From the NCBI GenBank assembly GCA_963786955.1, contig CAWBAT010000006.1, positions 608,001-672,000 of the forward strand: DNA of 64,000 nt, written 5' to 3'. This document shows positions 22,758 through 34,648 of this stretch, piece after piece. This stretch comes from an uncultured Acidimicrobiia bacterium (GTDB lineage Bacteria > Acidobacteriota > Terriglobia > Versatilivoradales > Versatilivoraceae). Numbering within the stretch: the first letter of the stretch is position 1; each line of letters opens with the position of its first letter. The notes under the pieces are model-generated. The model was not told the origin of the DNA and did no database searches. It saw only the letters and a program-made list of their open reading frames with translations. The translations under genes were made by a program, and so were the position numbers.

Positions 22758-23336
22758 ATGCTGAATCCTTCAGAAACAGAGCGGATATTCATTGGCACAG
22801 GAGCTATCCTGTCAGGGCATTTTCTGCTGACTTCTGGACTTCATAGCGAAAAATATCTTCAATGTGCTCAAGTTCTACAATGGCCGAGACACGCAGAAGC
22901 TTGTGCCCAGGCTCTCGCCGCTCACTTCCTCCCTCACAAGCCCGAATTTGTCATTTCCCCTGCCCTCGGAGGGATTGTGATAGGGCACGAATTGGGCCGG
23001 GCGTTAGGATGTCGAGCTATCTTTGCCGAACGTGAGAATGGGATCCTTCGCCTTCGACGTGGTTTCTCAATCGACCCAGGGGAGAAGGGCGTCGTCATCG
23101 AGGACGTTATTACGACGGGGGGCTCTACACTAGAGACCATTCAGGTGGTTCAAGATTGCGGAGGGGTCGTTCTCGGCGCCTGTGCCATAGTGGATCGAAG
23201 TGGGGGGAGGCCTCAATTCGGCGTTCCCTATTTCAGCCTGTGGAATCTGACTATCCCCACATACGCGCCTGACGACTGCCCCCTGTGTCGCGCCGGCTCA
23301 TCACCGACTAAGCCGGGCAGCCGAACCTCCCGCTGA
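22758..23336 (+). CDS. pyrE: Orotate phosphoribosyltransferase
   Basis: GHFLLTSGLHS.KYLQCA, VIEDVITTGGS, KPGSR. Confidence 0.95.
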   Translation: MLNPSETERIFIGTGAILSGHFLLTSGLHSEKYLQCAQVLQWPRHAEACAQALAAHFLPHKPEFVISPALGGIVIGHELGRALGCRAIFAERENGILRLRRGFSIDPGEKGVVIEDVITTGGSTLETIQVVQDCGGVVLGACAIVDRSGGRPQFGVPYFSLWNLTIPTYAPDDCPLCRAGSSPTKPGSRTSR

Positions 23337-23432
23337 GTACCGCTATTTGTGATTACGGTGACGTAGCTTAAGATAGACGCCGCGTGGGGTCACGCGGCGT
23401 TAACGTCACCGTATTTATGAAAAACATTACTA
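23335..23432. mobile_element. MITE-like element, family B (short copy)
   Basis: tacggtgacgt...acgtcaccgta inverted repeat; right end gtatttatgaaaaacattacta matches ends at 42334/42976 and 52960/53112. Confidence 0.7.
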
Positions 23433-23476
23433 AATAACAGGTTGTCTGCATCACCCTCAGAGATCTTTGCTCCCCA

Positions 23477-24220
23477 ATGCCTAGAAACCTTCGTCTCATT
23501 CTTGAATATGATGGCACCCACTTCCACGGCTGGCAGGTTCAGCCGGGGCTCGACACAATCCAAGGAAGATTGACCTCGGTTTCCTCCGAGGTGACACAGG
23601 AACCCATTCATGTTCATGGCTCAGGTAGGACTGATGCAGGCACTCACGCTCTGGCACAAGTGTGCAACTTCTTGACGGAGAGCAAAATTCCGGTTGAAAA
23701 CTTAAAGAAAGCCATGAACTCTCTGCTTCCCCCTTCCATCAGAATCAACGCGATCGACGAGGTTCCCCTTTCTTTCCATGCGCGTCGAGATTCGGTTTTC
23801 AAGCATTATCGCTATCGGATTTCATTGTCAAAGTCCTGCTCTCCTTTCCAATACGCGTATGTCCATCATTGCCCTTATAAATTGGACCTCCAGAAAATGA
23901 GTGAGGCAGGTGAAAGAATTCTCGGCGTGCATGATTTTTCCGCATTTTGCGACTCTGATTCTGAGGTCGAGTCGAAGGTTCGCCACCTCTTGAGTTCCTC
24001 TTTTCTGTTTGACAGTCCCCGAAATCTCATAGAATATAACGTTTGCGCGAACGGCTTCTTGCACCATATGGTCAGGAACCTGGTCGGCACTTTTCTAGAG
24101 ATCGGAAAAGGCCGAATTGCCAGTGAGGAAATCACGAATATTCTGGAATCAAAAGATCGCTCGCGGGCTGGTCGAACAGCACCCGCCAAAGGGCTTTTCC
24201 TGGTAAAGGTTGGTTATTAG
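23477..24220 (+). CDS. truA: tRNA pseudouridine(38-40) synthase
   Basis: YDGTHFHGWQ, GSGRTDAGTHA, FHAR, FLHHMVR, TAPAKGLFL. Confidence 0.97.
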   Translation: MPRNLRLILEYDGTHFHGWQVQPGLDTIQGRLTSVSSEVTQEPIHVHGSGRTDAGTHALAQVCNFLTESKIPVENLKKAMNSLLPPSIRINAIDEVPLSFHARRDSVFKHYRYRISLSKSCSPFQYAYVHHCPYKLDLQKMSEAGERILGVHDFSAFCDSDSEVESKVRHLLSSSFLFDSPRNLIEYNVCANGFLHHMVRNLVGTFLEIGKGRIASEEITNILESKDRSRAGRTAPAKGLFLVKVGY

Positions 24221-24384
24221 TGAACTAAGTTAGCCCCGCAGCTCTGTTTATCCTCTTGACGGGTCTGCTCGCCGGGAGGATTTCCAATTCACGATCCTGC
24301 AAAGATTCGCTTGAGCAAGTTCTAAGGATGAAAGTTCAGGCGAGGGTCAACGGGCGAACCCACACGTCCAGTCCTTGGCTCAGA

Positions 24385-25185
24385 ATGTCAACTCTCACCG
24401 AACAGATCACAGGAAATTTCAAGGGACATCTCAAAACCGGCTCCCTTGAGAAGCGCCTATTCGAGCAACTGGAATTAGATCGGATTCCCAGGCACGTGGC
24501 AATTATCATGGACGGAAATGGGCGTTGGGCTCAAAAACGCCGCTTGCCAAGAGTGGCCGGACACCGGGCCGGGATTGTCTCGGTCAGAGAGACCGTAGAG
24601 ACCGCCGTACGCTTAAACGTTCAGGTGCTGACTCTTTATGCATTTTCAGTAGAGAACTGGAAAAGACCTGCCGGTGAAGTCTCGACGCTGATGAGTCTGT
24701 TGAAGGAGTTTCTGCGAAAAGAACTGAAAACTCTGATGAAAAACAACATTCGATTCGCTACGCTGGGACGTATCAGCGAGTTGGATCCTGAGATTCAGAA
24801 GGAGTTGGAGTCCGCCAAAGCCAAGACGGCCTTTAACGACGGGATGGTCTTTAACGTTGCGCTCAATTATGGCGGCCGCGCGGAGCTGGTGGACGCCTTT
24901 AAGCTTTTGGTCGAGAAAACGCCAAATGGGAAAGGACATCCCCCGGAAATTACAGAAGAGAGCATCGCGGCCTGCCTCTATACGGCAGGACTTCCAGACC
25001 CGGATCTGATGATCAGGACAAGTGGAGAATTAAGGGTCAGTAATTTCTTGTTGTGGCAAATTGCCTATTCCGAGATTTGGGTGACCGAGACCTTGTGGCC
25101 TGACTTTAGGAAGAAGGATTTTTTTGAAGGGATCATCGCTTATCAGAAAAGGGAACGCCGCTTCGGGGGACTAGCCACAAAATGA
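24385..25185 (+). CDS. uppS: Undecaprenyl diphosphate synthase
   Basis: HVAIIMDGNGRWA, FSVENWKRP, IRTSGELRVSNFLLWQ. Confidence 0.97.
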   Translation: MSTLTEQITGNFKGHLKTGSLEKRLFEQLELDRIPRHVAIIMDGNGRWAQKRRLPRVAGHRAGIVSVRETVETAVRLNVQVLTLYAFSVENWKRPAGEVSTLMSLLKEFLRKELKTLMKNNIRFATLGRISELDPEIQKELESAKAKTAFNDGMVFNVALNYGGRAELVDAFKLLVEKTPNGKGHPPEITEESIAACLYTAGLPDPDLMIRTSGELRVSNFLLWQIAYSEIWVTETLWPDFRKKDFFEGIIAYQKRERRFGGLATK

Positions 25186-26000
25186 AGCGCGTCCTGACGG
25201 CTTTTATCCTGGTCCCAGTGCTGATAATCATTATTGGTTATAGCCCGCCCTATGTTTTCACAATTCTAGTAGCCACGGCCGCTATCCTGTCATTGGAAGA
25301 GTTCTTTGCGATCATGAGCCATTGTGGGTTCGAGATCTATCGAGTGTGGGGCCATCTGTTGGGCGTATGTCTGATTCTCAGTTTTCATTTTTCGCCACAC
25401 AACCAGACGCTCTCGCTAACCGTCTTGACCCTTTCTGTATTTCTTTTGTTGGCTTGGAATATTCAGAAGGGAAAAGATTTCCAGCAGGCCTTACCGAGTT
25501 CGGCTGTGACGACATTGGGACTCATTTATGTCCCGGTGTCCTTAGGATTGCTCATTGCATTGCAATCCAGTCACACCATCTGGGGCGAAGGGAGCCGGTG
25601 GGTTTTTTTTCTGTTAATGGTTGTGTGGTTTGGGGACACGGTGGCCTACTATATTGGACGAAGCTGGGGAAAACATCTTTTAGCCCCCAACCTTAGCCCA
25701 AAGAAAACAATTGAGGGAGCTTGGGGCGGGCTTTTTGGCAGTGTATTGGGAGCTCTACTGAGCAAGAAAATCTTGTTGCCACAGGCCTCTTTACTGCATC
25801 TTCTGCTACTCTCTGGGGTCATCGGGTTAGTGAGCCAGGTTGGAGATCTTTCTGAGTCAGTTCTCAAACGGGCCGCGGGCATCAAAGATTCTTCAAAAAT
25901 TCTTCCCGGACACGGTGGCATGCTGGACCGAATCGATGGAGTGCTGTTTGCGTGCCCGATCTTGTTTGTCTATGTTCGATACTTTCTAAAGTCCGCCTGA
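25182..26000 (+). CDS. cdsA: Phosphatidate cytidylyltransferase
   Basis: SPKKTIEG, GDLSES..KR, KDS..LPGHGGMLDRID. Confidence 0.97.
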   Translation: MKRVLTAFILVPVLIIIIGYSPPYVFTILVATAAILSLEEFFAIMSHCGFEIYRVWGHLLGVCLILSFHFSPHNQTLSLTVLTLSVFLLLAWNIQKGKDFQQALPSSAVTTLGLIYVPVSLGLLIALQSSHTIWGEGSRWVFFLLMVVWFGDTVAYYIGRSWGKHLLAPNLSPKKTIEGAWGGLFGSVLGALLSKKILLPQASLLHLLLLSGVIGLVSQVGDLSESVLKRAAGIKDSSKILPGHGGMLDRIDGVLFACPILFVYVRYFLKSA

Positions 26001-27179
26001 ATGGGAATGAAACTGCTCAGTATTCTAGGTTCCACCGGGTCAATCGGGCGCAATTGCCTGAAAGTTATCGAGGAGTTCCCGGCCGATTTCCAGGTCATTG
26101 CCCTAGCCGCCGGAAGCAATAGTCGCCTGCTTTCCGAACAGATTGAGAAATTTCAACCCAGGGTCGTTTCTGTCTCGACAGCTGCAACCGCAGAAGCTCT
26201 TCGTCATGCGATCCAACACCTTCCGCCAGCCCGAAGGCCGAAGATCCTGGTGGGTTCAGACGGAGTAGTTGAAGTGGCAACCCATCCTGAAGCGAACATG
26301 CTGGTGAGCGCCATCGTCGGAATCGCAGGACTGGTCCCAACATATGAAGCGATTCGATGTGGCAAGACGGTCGCATTGGCAAACAAAGAAATTCTTGTTG
26401 TGGCTGGCGATCTTGTCCAAAAAGCAGCTCGGAAAGCTGGCGTTAAGATCATTCCCGTTGATAGTGAACATAATGCCATCCATCAATGCCTCCGTTCAGG
26501 TGGCAGGAAGGAAGTGCGAAGAATCATTCTGACTGCTTCGGGAGGACCGTTTCGCACCTTCTCCCGCAAGAAGATGGAGACCGTAACCCCGGAAATGGCC
26601 CTGAATCACCCCACTTGGAGAATGGGAAATCGGGTCACTATAGATTCCGCCACGATGATGAACAAGGGATTTGAGGTTCTCGAGGCTCACTGGTTGTTTG
26701 GTATGCCTGTCGAGAAAATTTCTGTGCTAATCCACCCTCAGTCAACCGTCCATTCAATGGTAGAATTTCAGGATGGTTCGGTTATCGCCCAATTGGGGAT
26801 CACGGATATGAAGCATCCGATTCAATATGCATTAACCTACCCCAAGCGCAGATCGGGGCCGGGTGATTTTCTCGATTTTGAAAACCTGGGTAAACTGGAA
26901 TTCATGCGACCAGACCTGAAGAAATATCCATGTCTTGAGCTCGCTTACAAGGCCGCGCGTGAACAGGGTGCTCTCCCTTGTGCCTTGAATGCGGCCGACG
27001 AGATAGCGGTAGACTTTTTCCTTTCAGGAAAGATCCCGTTCACGGCCATTTCCCAGGTTGTTGCGCAAATGTTAGAATTAGCCAAGGGAGAGAGTTCGTT
27101 TTCTTCGGTTCAAGAGCTTCTGCACTATGACCAGGCGATACGCAAAGAGTCCAGACGCCTCATCGAATCGAACCATTGA
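26001..27179 (+). CDS. dxr: 1-deoxy-D-xylulose 5-phosphate reductoisomerase
   Basis: LGSTGSIG, LANKE, PVDSEH, LTASGGPF, IDSATMMNKG. Confidence 0.97.
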   Translation: MGMKLLSILGSTGSIGRNCLKVIEEFPADFQVIALAAGSNSRLLSEQIEKFQPRVVSVSTAATAEALRHAIQHLPPARRPKILVGSDGVVEVATHPEANMLVSAIVGIAGLVPTYEAIRCGKTVALANKEILVVAGDLVQKAARKAGVKIIPVDSEHNAIHQCLRSGGRKEVRRIILTASGGPFRTFSRKKMETVTPEMALNHPTWRMGNRVTIDSATMMNKGFEVLEAHWLFGMPVEKISVLIHPQSTVHSMVEFQDGSVIAQLGITDMKHPIQYALTYPKRRSGPGDFLDFENLGKLEFMRPDLKKYPCLELAYKAAREQGALPCALNAADEIAVDFFLSGKIPFTAISQVVAQMLELAKGESSFSSVQELLHYDQAIRKESRRLIESNH

Positions 27180-27262
27180 TCTATGAGAAGGCAATGGCTA
27201 ATTGATCCATGCGAGAGTACCGATAAGTCTGGGTAATTCTTCATTTCTTAGGAGATAGCTGG

Positions 27263-28615
27263 ATGTTCGACCTTTTTTCCTTAAATGTATTGAGTGTTAT
27301 TTTCGTCTTCGGCACGGTAGTCATCATTCACGAGCTGGGTCATTTCATGATGGCCAAGTTCTTCAAAATCCGGGTGGAAGCTTTTGCCGTCGGCTTTGGT
27401 CCCAGATTGTTTGGCTTTCGCAAAGGGGAAACGGACTATCGCGTCTGCGCGATCCCTTTGGGGGGGTATGTCAAGATGGCAGGGGAAAATCCGCATGACG
27501 ATCTCACTGGAGGAATCGAGGAATTTCTCTCGAGACCAAAATGGCAGAGATTTTTGGTTGCCGTAATGGGTCCGGTCATGAACATCCTGTTAGCGGTGTT
27601 CCTTCTTACTGGAGTCTACTACTACAAGTTCGAAGAGCCTGCCTGGCTAACCGAGCCGGTCGTCGCGGGTATTGTGAATTACGATTCTGCTGCTGAAAAG
27701 GCCGGCATTTTGCCAGGCGATCGCATCATCTCGGTCTCCGGAAAGAAGGATATCAAGTGGGAGCAGTTTGTTCTCGAGGTAGCGACCGGTGCGGGGAGAC
27801 CACTGGATCTCGAAATTGTCCGCGATGGGCAGACCATTCATAAGGAAGTGACGCCCGAATCTCACGGGCGGCAGCATGAAGGCGAGATCGGGATATTTCC
27901 GGTGACACCGTTTTTAGCCTCTCTGGTGGTCAAGAATGTGATGAAGGGAAAACCAGCGGCGGAAGCCGGGGTTTTGCAGGGCGATCGGATCATCAAAGTT
28001 GGTGATGTGGATCTGATCAAAGAGGGGAAAGACCTGGCAGATGTGCTCAAAAGGACAACCAGCGATGTTGTTTTGCTGACTGTCTTACGGAATGGACAAG
28101 AAATGACACTCTCGGTCAAGCCCTATAAGGAAGGCGAAAGACGGCTGATCGGGATAGAACGAGGTCAGACTCAGGCGATGGTGATTGAAAAGTTGAGTCT
28201 GGGCCAGGCCTTCCAAGCATCGATCCGAAAAAACATCCAGTTTGCTGGAATGATCTTTGATATTCTTCAGAAACTCATCCGGCGTGAAGTGTCATGGCGA
28301 ATGATTGAGGGGCCAATTGGAATCGCGAAGCAGTCTAGTCTTGCGGCAAAAAGTGGCTTCTCCTACCTCCTCTTTCTGATCGTGGCCATTAGTTTGAACC
28401 TGGGCATCATGAACCTTCTGCCCATTCCCGTTCTGGATGGTGGCGTCATTGCAATCATTCTGCTGGAAACCTTGATTCGCCGGGACTTGAGCCTGGCCAT
28501 TCGGGAAAGAATTACGCAGGTCGGCGTCGTCATGCTGATCGCTCTTGCCGTGATCGTCACCTATAATGACATCATCAAATCGCTGCCTATCTCCATTGAG
28601 AAGTATTTCCCGTAA
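27263..28615 (+). CDS. rseP: RIP metalloprotease with two PDZ domains
   Basis: HELGH, IPLGGYVKM, NLLPIPVLDGG; canonical uppS-cdsA-dxr-rseP order. Confidence 0.96.
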   Translation: MFDLFSLNVLSVIFVFGTVVIIHELGHFMMAKFFKIRVEAFAVGFGPRLFGFRKGETDYRVCAIPLGGYVKMAGENPHDDLTGGIEEFLSRPKWQRFLVAVMGPVMNILLAVFLLTGVYYYKFEEPAWLTEPVVAGIVNYDSAAEKAGILPGDRIISVSGKKDIKWEQFVLEVATGAGRPLDLEIVRDGQTIHKEVTPESHGRQHEGEIGIFPVTPFLASLVVKNVMKGKPAAEAGVLQGDRIIKVGDVDLIKEGKDLADVLKRTTSDVVLLTVLRNGQEMTLSVKPYKEGERRLIGIERGQTQAMVIEKLSLGQAFQASIRKNIQFAGMIFDILQKLIRREVSWRMIEGPIGIAKQSSLAAKSGFSYLLFLIVAISLNLGIMNLLPIPVLDGGVIAIILLETLIRRDLSLAIRERITQVGVVMLIALAVIVTYNDIIKSLPISIEKYFP

Positions 28616-28721
28616 GAGGTCTTTCGCGGAAAATCCGTCAGACTTGATCCATCCTCATCACCGAGTCATCATTCGGCAGGCTTATAATTCTGCCCCTAAA
28701 GACAAGCGTTAGTGGGGACAC

Positions 28722-28810
28722 ACCTCCCAGCCTACCCTCTGGAGTTTGGACACTTGTGCAGGCCAGAGGCCCGCACCACAACCTTGTGGTGCAGGCGTCC
28801 TCGCCTGCCT
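28722..28810. repeat. Single family-A end plus REP-like palindrome between convergent genes
   Basis: ctggagtttggacactt 28739-28755 followed by gcaccacaaccttgtggtgc and gcaggcgtcctcgcctgc. Confidence 0.6.
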
Positions 28811-28873
28811 CCAAGTGGCCTGAAAGCAAGACCCGCGAAATCTGCATAACGAAATATTCCCCACGTGACCCGA

Positions 28874-30749
28874 TCAGAATGCAGCTCCACCGAATTTGTG
28901 AGGCAGGAACGTGGTTAAGATAGGCAGGTAAGTAATGACCAACACACCCACTAATAGAACTAATAATATGGGGACAATGGAGCGATAGACTTCCGGCAAA
29001 GGTTTGCGAAACCGGTAGGAAGACAAGAAAAGGTTCATGCCGACAGGAGGGGTCAGATAACCAAGCTCCAAGTTGGCGAGAAAAATAATCCCCAGATGCA
29101 CGGGATCTATCTGATAAGCAGCTCCGAGCGGGATGATCAGAGGGACCACGACAATAATGGCTGAAAAAATGTCCATTAAACAACCCACAATGAGCAGGAA
29201 GAGGTTTAGAAGTAATAAAAATACCCACCTCGAATGAACCGCCCCTGTGACCCAATCGGCAGCACGGGACGGAACCTGCGCATCAACCAGGTAGTTCGTA
29301 AATCCCAACGCAACGCCAAGAATCAGGAACACACCTCCCACCAGCAAACCACACTCGGTCATCACCCTTGGAATGTCCTTGAACAGGTTGAGATCTTTGT
29401 AGATAAAAACTTCTACAACGAAGGCGTAAAGTGCGGTCAAAGCGGCCGCTTCAACAGGCGTGGCAAATCCACTGAAGAGTCCCCAGAAAGCGACCACCGG
29501 TAACAACAGTTCCCATTTCGCATCCCATAGGGCCGCCCTGGCTTCATTCGGCTTGAACCCGTTCTGATTTGTTGCGAGAATCTTTGGCCCCTGGTGGATT
29601 CCCCACCAAGCCGTCATCAGGACCATCAAGACTCCCGGGAATATCCCACCTAAAAACATTTGTTCGATCGTGATTTTGGCAATGATCGCATAGAGAATCA
29701 GAGGGAGGCAGGGAGGGAAAAGAAGCCCTAATGACCCAGACCCTGTCAACAAACCAAGCGAAGATCTTTCGGAATACCCCGCTGCCAGCAAGACGGGCAT
29801 CAGCAAACCACCCAATGCCAGGATGGTGACTCCGGAGGCTCCGGTGAAGGACGTAAAAAAAGCACAAACCAAAGCCGTCACGATGGCGGGTCCCCCACGG
29901 AATTGGCTGAAGAAAGCCTGAAAGACCCGAACAAGGCGCTTTGAAGCGCCTCCTTCGGCCAGGAAATACCCGGCCAGTGTAAACAGCGGGATGGTTGGCA
30001 AAGCAGGATTAATCACAAGGCGGTAATGATCCAATGGGATGGAGGCAATAGGCAGGTCAGCGCCCCAAAAAAGGATCAATGCCGCTCCGCCCAAGGTGAT
30101 GAAGACCGGCGCACCCAAAAAAGTCGCGGCCAGTAATGCCGCCAGCGCCGGAACAACCAACTCTGAAGGGGCAGTCAGCGGTCGCATGGCCAAAAAGGAG
30201 AGGATGAGCTAATATGAGGGTGGCGGCAATTCGGCCCTTCCAGTTTCCTGCCGAATGGTAGAGCAGCCTGAGTCCGACCAATCCATATCCGACGGGAATG
30301 ACAAGCTGAATAACCCAAACGGGCAGCCCGTATGCGAGAATATTGCCTCCCTCTCTCTCGGTCGCGATAAATTGAATACTGGCCACAAAAAGGAAAAAAG
30401 TAACGGTTGCCGCGAAAGCCCCACTAAATAGAAGCGCATACTGCTTGGGACGCCCCTTTAGAAACATGGAACCTGTCGCGAGAGATAAAAGGCGGTTTTC
30501 CCTGGCAGCGATGGCCCCGCCCAACATGCCGATGATCAGGGTTAAATGCTGCACAAGAGCACTGGAGGCAGAAATACCAACATGGAAGGTGGGGCGCAAT
30601 ATCGCTTCGAAGAGGGGGAGCAAAACCATGGCACTCAGGGCAAGAGTAACGACGAGATTTTCCAGGCGGCTCAGTCTCGTTCTTTCGAGCCTCGATTCTT
30701 TATCACCGGGTTCCCAATGACCTGAATTCGAAGGGGTTTGGTCCGTCAC
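28874..30749 (-). CDS. TRAP transporter permease, probably fused DctQ-DctM (frameshift at about 30200)
   Basis: 4-TM DctQ-like N part; DctM motifs IPLFTLAG, GLLFPP, TPVEAA, GYLTPPVGMNLF; no clean stop/start between the parts. Confidence 0.85.
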
Positions 30750-31769
30750 TTGGCTCGATACTCCTGCAAAAGCTTTTGTACCTCATCAAATAGATCCGCT
30801 GGGACAATGGTGCCCCGAATTTTTGGATAGACTTCTTCAGCGGCTTTGCGCCAAACAGCCTCAATCTCCGGAGTGACAGGATGGGTAATAAGTCCTCTTT
30901 TTTTCATCGCATCAACGGCCTGTTCACCTTCAGCCCGACTTTTGATTTGGATCTGTTCACCTGCTTCCTTGGCCGCTTTCAAAACAATTTCCTGGGCTGA
31001 CGATAGGAATAGCTGTCCCAGGTTTTTTTGGTAATCACCGCCCCCCCTACCAAAGGAGCCCAATTCAACTCCAACATATGAGGTGCAGGTCCATAAAATT
31101 GACCGGCCAGTGCATAAAATGGTGTGGAAGGAACTGCGTTAATCAAGCCGGTCTGAAGGCTGGGCAAAATATCATTGGTTTCCAAGGGTACGGGTTGATA
31201 TCCCCCGGTCTTCATGATATCGAGCTGATGGGCATCCCCAGCCCAGGTGAATAACTTCATTTTCTTCATGTCGGCCGGATAAAGAACGGGTTGCTTGGAA
31301 AAAAATCGTACCCATCCGGAATCTCCCCAGAACAAAACCACAAACCCCTTATCCAATAACTTTCTTTCAATTGTGGGGCTGAGTTTCTGACGAACATATT
31401 CAACTTCATCTAGCGAATGAAACATCATGGGCATGTCCTGAAGAGCAGCCACGGAAGGGTCAATAGCCGACAAGCCAACAACGGTCAAAAGTCCAGACTG
31501 GATCTGTCCGACTCGCATTCGCCGGACCATGTCCGCTTCGCCGCCCATGGAGCCGTCCGAAAAAATCGTCAGCGACACTCCGCCACCCGGTGCCTGATGC
31601 CACTTCTCGGCCATGCCCAGAAGGATCTGATGGTAGGAAGATCCCTTCGGCGCCAAGGTCCCCAGTCGCACACGAATGGCTGCCTGGGCGTACGATTTCA
31701 TGGCCGAACCGACTAAGACCATGCCAGTAAAGTCAATAAGACGATTCCCCTCCCGCGCTTTCGCTTCAT
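30746..31769 (-). CDS. dctP: TRAP substrate-binding protein DctP/TatP (frameshifted)
   Basis: LGTLAPKGS, GGEADMVRRMRVGQ, LQTGLIN. Confidence 0.9.
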
Positions 31770-31789
31770 CGCAAATGGGTTCTCCCTTT

Positions 31790-32743
31790 TTATTCCACAA
31801 ACAACTCATCTTCCCTTGATAATAACCAACGGGCTCGACGCTGCATAATTAAGTTCTGGAGCCGCCACTCTGGCCTCGCATCACGTCGATTCTCAATGCC
31901 TGATCGAGCAATGCTTGAAATTCCGCTTTGTTTTGTTTACTGATCGATATCACTTCCGCATAGGAAACGAGAGGTGAAGCCAATTGCCCAGAGGAAAGTT
32001 GCATGGCACGTTCAAAATGTGTTCGTGACCGAACAGCGGGGTCACCTTTTGCTCCCGGACGGCTTGATTCAAAGGTAATCAGAAATGTATGGATGGCGCC
32101 GTAGTCAAAATCTTCCCTAAGCTTCAAGGCGCGATCAATCAAGGCTTCAACATAAGGCAGATCCGCAATGAGTTCGGGATTGTCTTTGGAAAGCGCGATC
32201 GCCCCTGCCCATGATGCGGCAGTCCAGTAGAGCAGCGCCACATCTGAAACGGTCGTCCGAGCTACGGCCGATTGGGAGTCTTGACGCAAGTCCTTTTCAA
32301 AGTTGCTATGTTTAACATCCAACCCCCTCAAACCATAATTCCGCGCCCGCAAATAGAGGTTCTTGGCCTGTGAGCGCAAGGCATTGGATCCTGCGAGGTC
32401 TTTTGCTTCGATCTCATCAGCATCTTCCTGCAGAAACCCATAACTGTACTGGGTAAATCCCTGGCAGGCCGCCAAGAGTAACCCCTGATGCTTGGGACTC
32501 TCCGCCAGAAGGCTTTCAACCAGTTTTAGGCTGAAAGGTAACGCGCCCTCGGATCAGTTGAGGATCATTGTCGGAGGAAAAGGTTTTTCCACTCTTGGAG
32601 AGCGCATCAGCTAGCGTGTTGACCGCATATTTGCGAACTGAACAGGCTCCATTCAGAAAAGCAAGATAGGTCATCACCATCAAGACGAGAGCCTGGTTGG
32701 TTCGCCACCGCTTCAACTTAATTTGTTCACGCGGTCTGTTCAT
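31790..32743 (-). CDS. TRAP transporter TatT component (TPR lipoprotein), frameshifted
   Basis: Lipobox-like LNGAC, DNDPQLI, YSYGF, LYWTAASW, HFERA, C-terminal QRRARWLLSREDELF; start uncertain. Confidence 0.85.
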
Positions 32744-32868
32744 TTGGCCCGATCGCTTGCCGGTCATTTGCATGAATCGGCTTGAAGATACCAAAGGTGA
32801 CCCTAAGGTTGAACCAGACTCAATACGTGGTACCATAACTCTCACTAAGCTGTAAAGCCGTACTGGGA

Positions 32869-34506
32869 TTGGGTTTCATCCGAGGTAATTTCGTGGCATT
32901 CGAAGATCCGGACTCTCTGTCACCGACCCACATCTTGGCGGCTATTGATATCGGCACCAACTCGTTTCATTTGGTCGTGGTAAAGATCAACGATTCCAAT
33001 CGCTTTGAAATCGTCACTCAGGACAAGGAGGTCGTCCGACTGGGTTCCGGATCCAGTGACATGAAATGTTAAAACCGGATGCCATGGACCGGGGTATTGA
33101 CACCCTCAGACGATTTAGACAGATCGCAGAAATTTCTCAGGCGCCCATCCGAGCCGTGGCTACAAGTGCCGTTCGCGAGGCACTCAACAAAGAAGACTTC
33201 ATTCGCCGGGCATAGTGAAGAGGCAGGTGTTGTCGATTCAGGTCATCTCCGGATTCGAGGAAGCCCGGTTAATTTACTTGGGAGTTCTTCAGGCCCTTCC
33301 GATCTTTGACAAGAAAATTCTTTTGATTGATATCGGAGGCGGCAGCACCGAATTTCTGATTGGGAAGGAGGGAGAAGTGATTGAGGCCAACAGTCTGAAA
33401 ATTGGGGCAATGCGGATGACGAATCGATTTCTTGGCGAGGACCCCATCGACATGAAGAGCGTGAAACAATGTCGTCAATACGTTAAGGCCTACCTCAACC
33501 CAATGACCCGCGAAGTTCGAAAGCATGGATTTGAGTCTGGCGGTCGGGAGCTCCGGAACCATTATCAATATCGCGCAGATGATCCAGGTTATGCGCCAGG
33601 AAACTCCTGCACGACACTTAAGCAACTTCGTCTTTACCCGGTCTGAACTATCCGAAATCGTCAAAACACTCGTTAAAGCCGATACGCTCAAAAAAGGCAG
33701 AAGATCGAAGGGCTGGATGCCGGGAGGGTGGATATTATCCTAGGAGGGGCCATTATCCTGGAGCAGGCATTCGAAGAGATGAAAATTGAGGCGATGACTG
33801 TTTCGAGCTTCGCATTACGCGAAGGGTGTCATATTTGATTCCTTGCAAAAGGCTCGTGCAGGGGCCATCCATCATTTAAGCGACATTCGCTACAAAGGCG
33901 TCATCCATCTAGCTGAAAGTTGTTCTTATGAAAGAGAACATGCGGAACAAGTGACTCGGCTTTCCCAGATGCTGTACGACCAACTGACAGATCGTCTTCA
34001 GCTGGCAGATATCAATCGAGAGTACCTGGAAGCTGCAAGTCTTTTGCATAATGTGGGGTTCTTCATTTCTCATTCTCAACATCATCTCCATAGTTACTAT
34101 CTGATTCGGAATTCCGAGTATCTCACCGGTTTTACTGATCGAGAAATTGAAATTATCGCACTGACCGCCCGATATCATCGGAAAAGTAACCCAAACAAAA
34201 GCACGAAGAATTTGCGCGGCTCAGTTCAGAAGATCAAAGAATTGTCAGAAAATTGGCCTCCATCCTTCGAATCAGCGGACCCACTTAATCGGACACGCTC
34301 CAATCTCGATCAGAAGAATTCAGTGTGAGAGCCTTGAAAACACCCTTCTGATCCACCTGGAAGTTATTCCAGGCTCGGATCCTTCTTTAGAAATCTACTC
34401 GGCTGAAAGCCGAAAGGATCTACTGGAAGAAGTCTTAGGCATGAAAGCAGAATTCATCGTTCATGGCGCAGCTGATCGAAACCCATTTAAATACACCACT
34501 TTCTGA
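32869..34506 (+). CDS. ppx: Ppx/GppA exopolyphosphatase with HD domain (frameshifted)
   Basis: AAIDIGTNSFHL, ATSAVREA, ISGFEEARL, DIGGGSTE, LREG, ARYHRK. Confidence 0.92.
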
Positions 34507-34648
34507 GAATCAGACGGGAGCAGTAGGCGGTTAATCAGGCTAGCCTTTTTTCAAAAAACTTCTACTAGCCAAAGGGATGGCAAGCTGTGTATGATACTTC
34601 GTTTCGGGCATGACTTGCCCGTATTCTATACATCTTCAAGGAGTCGCG

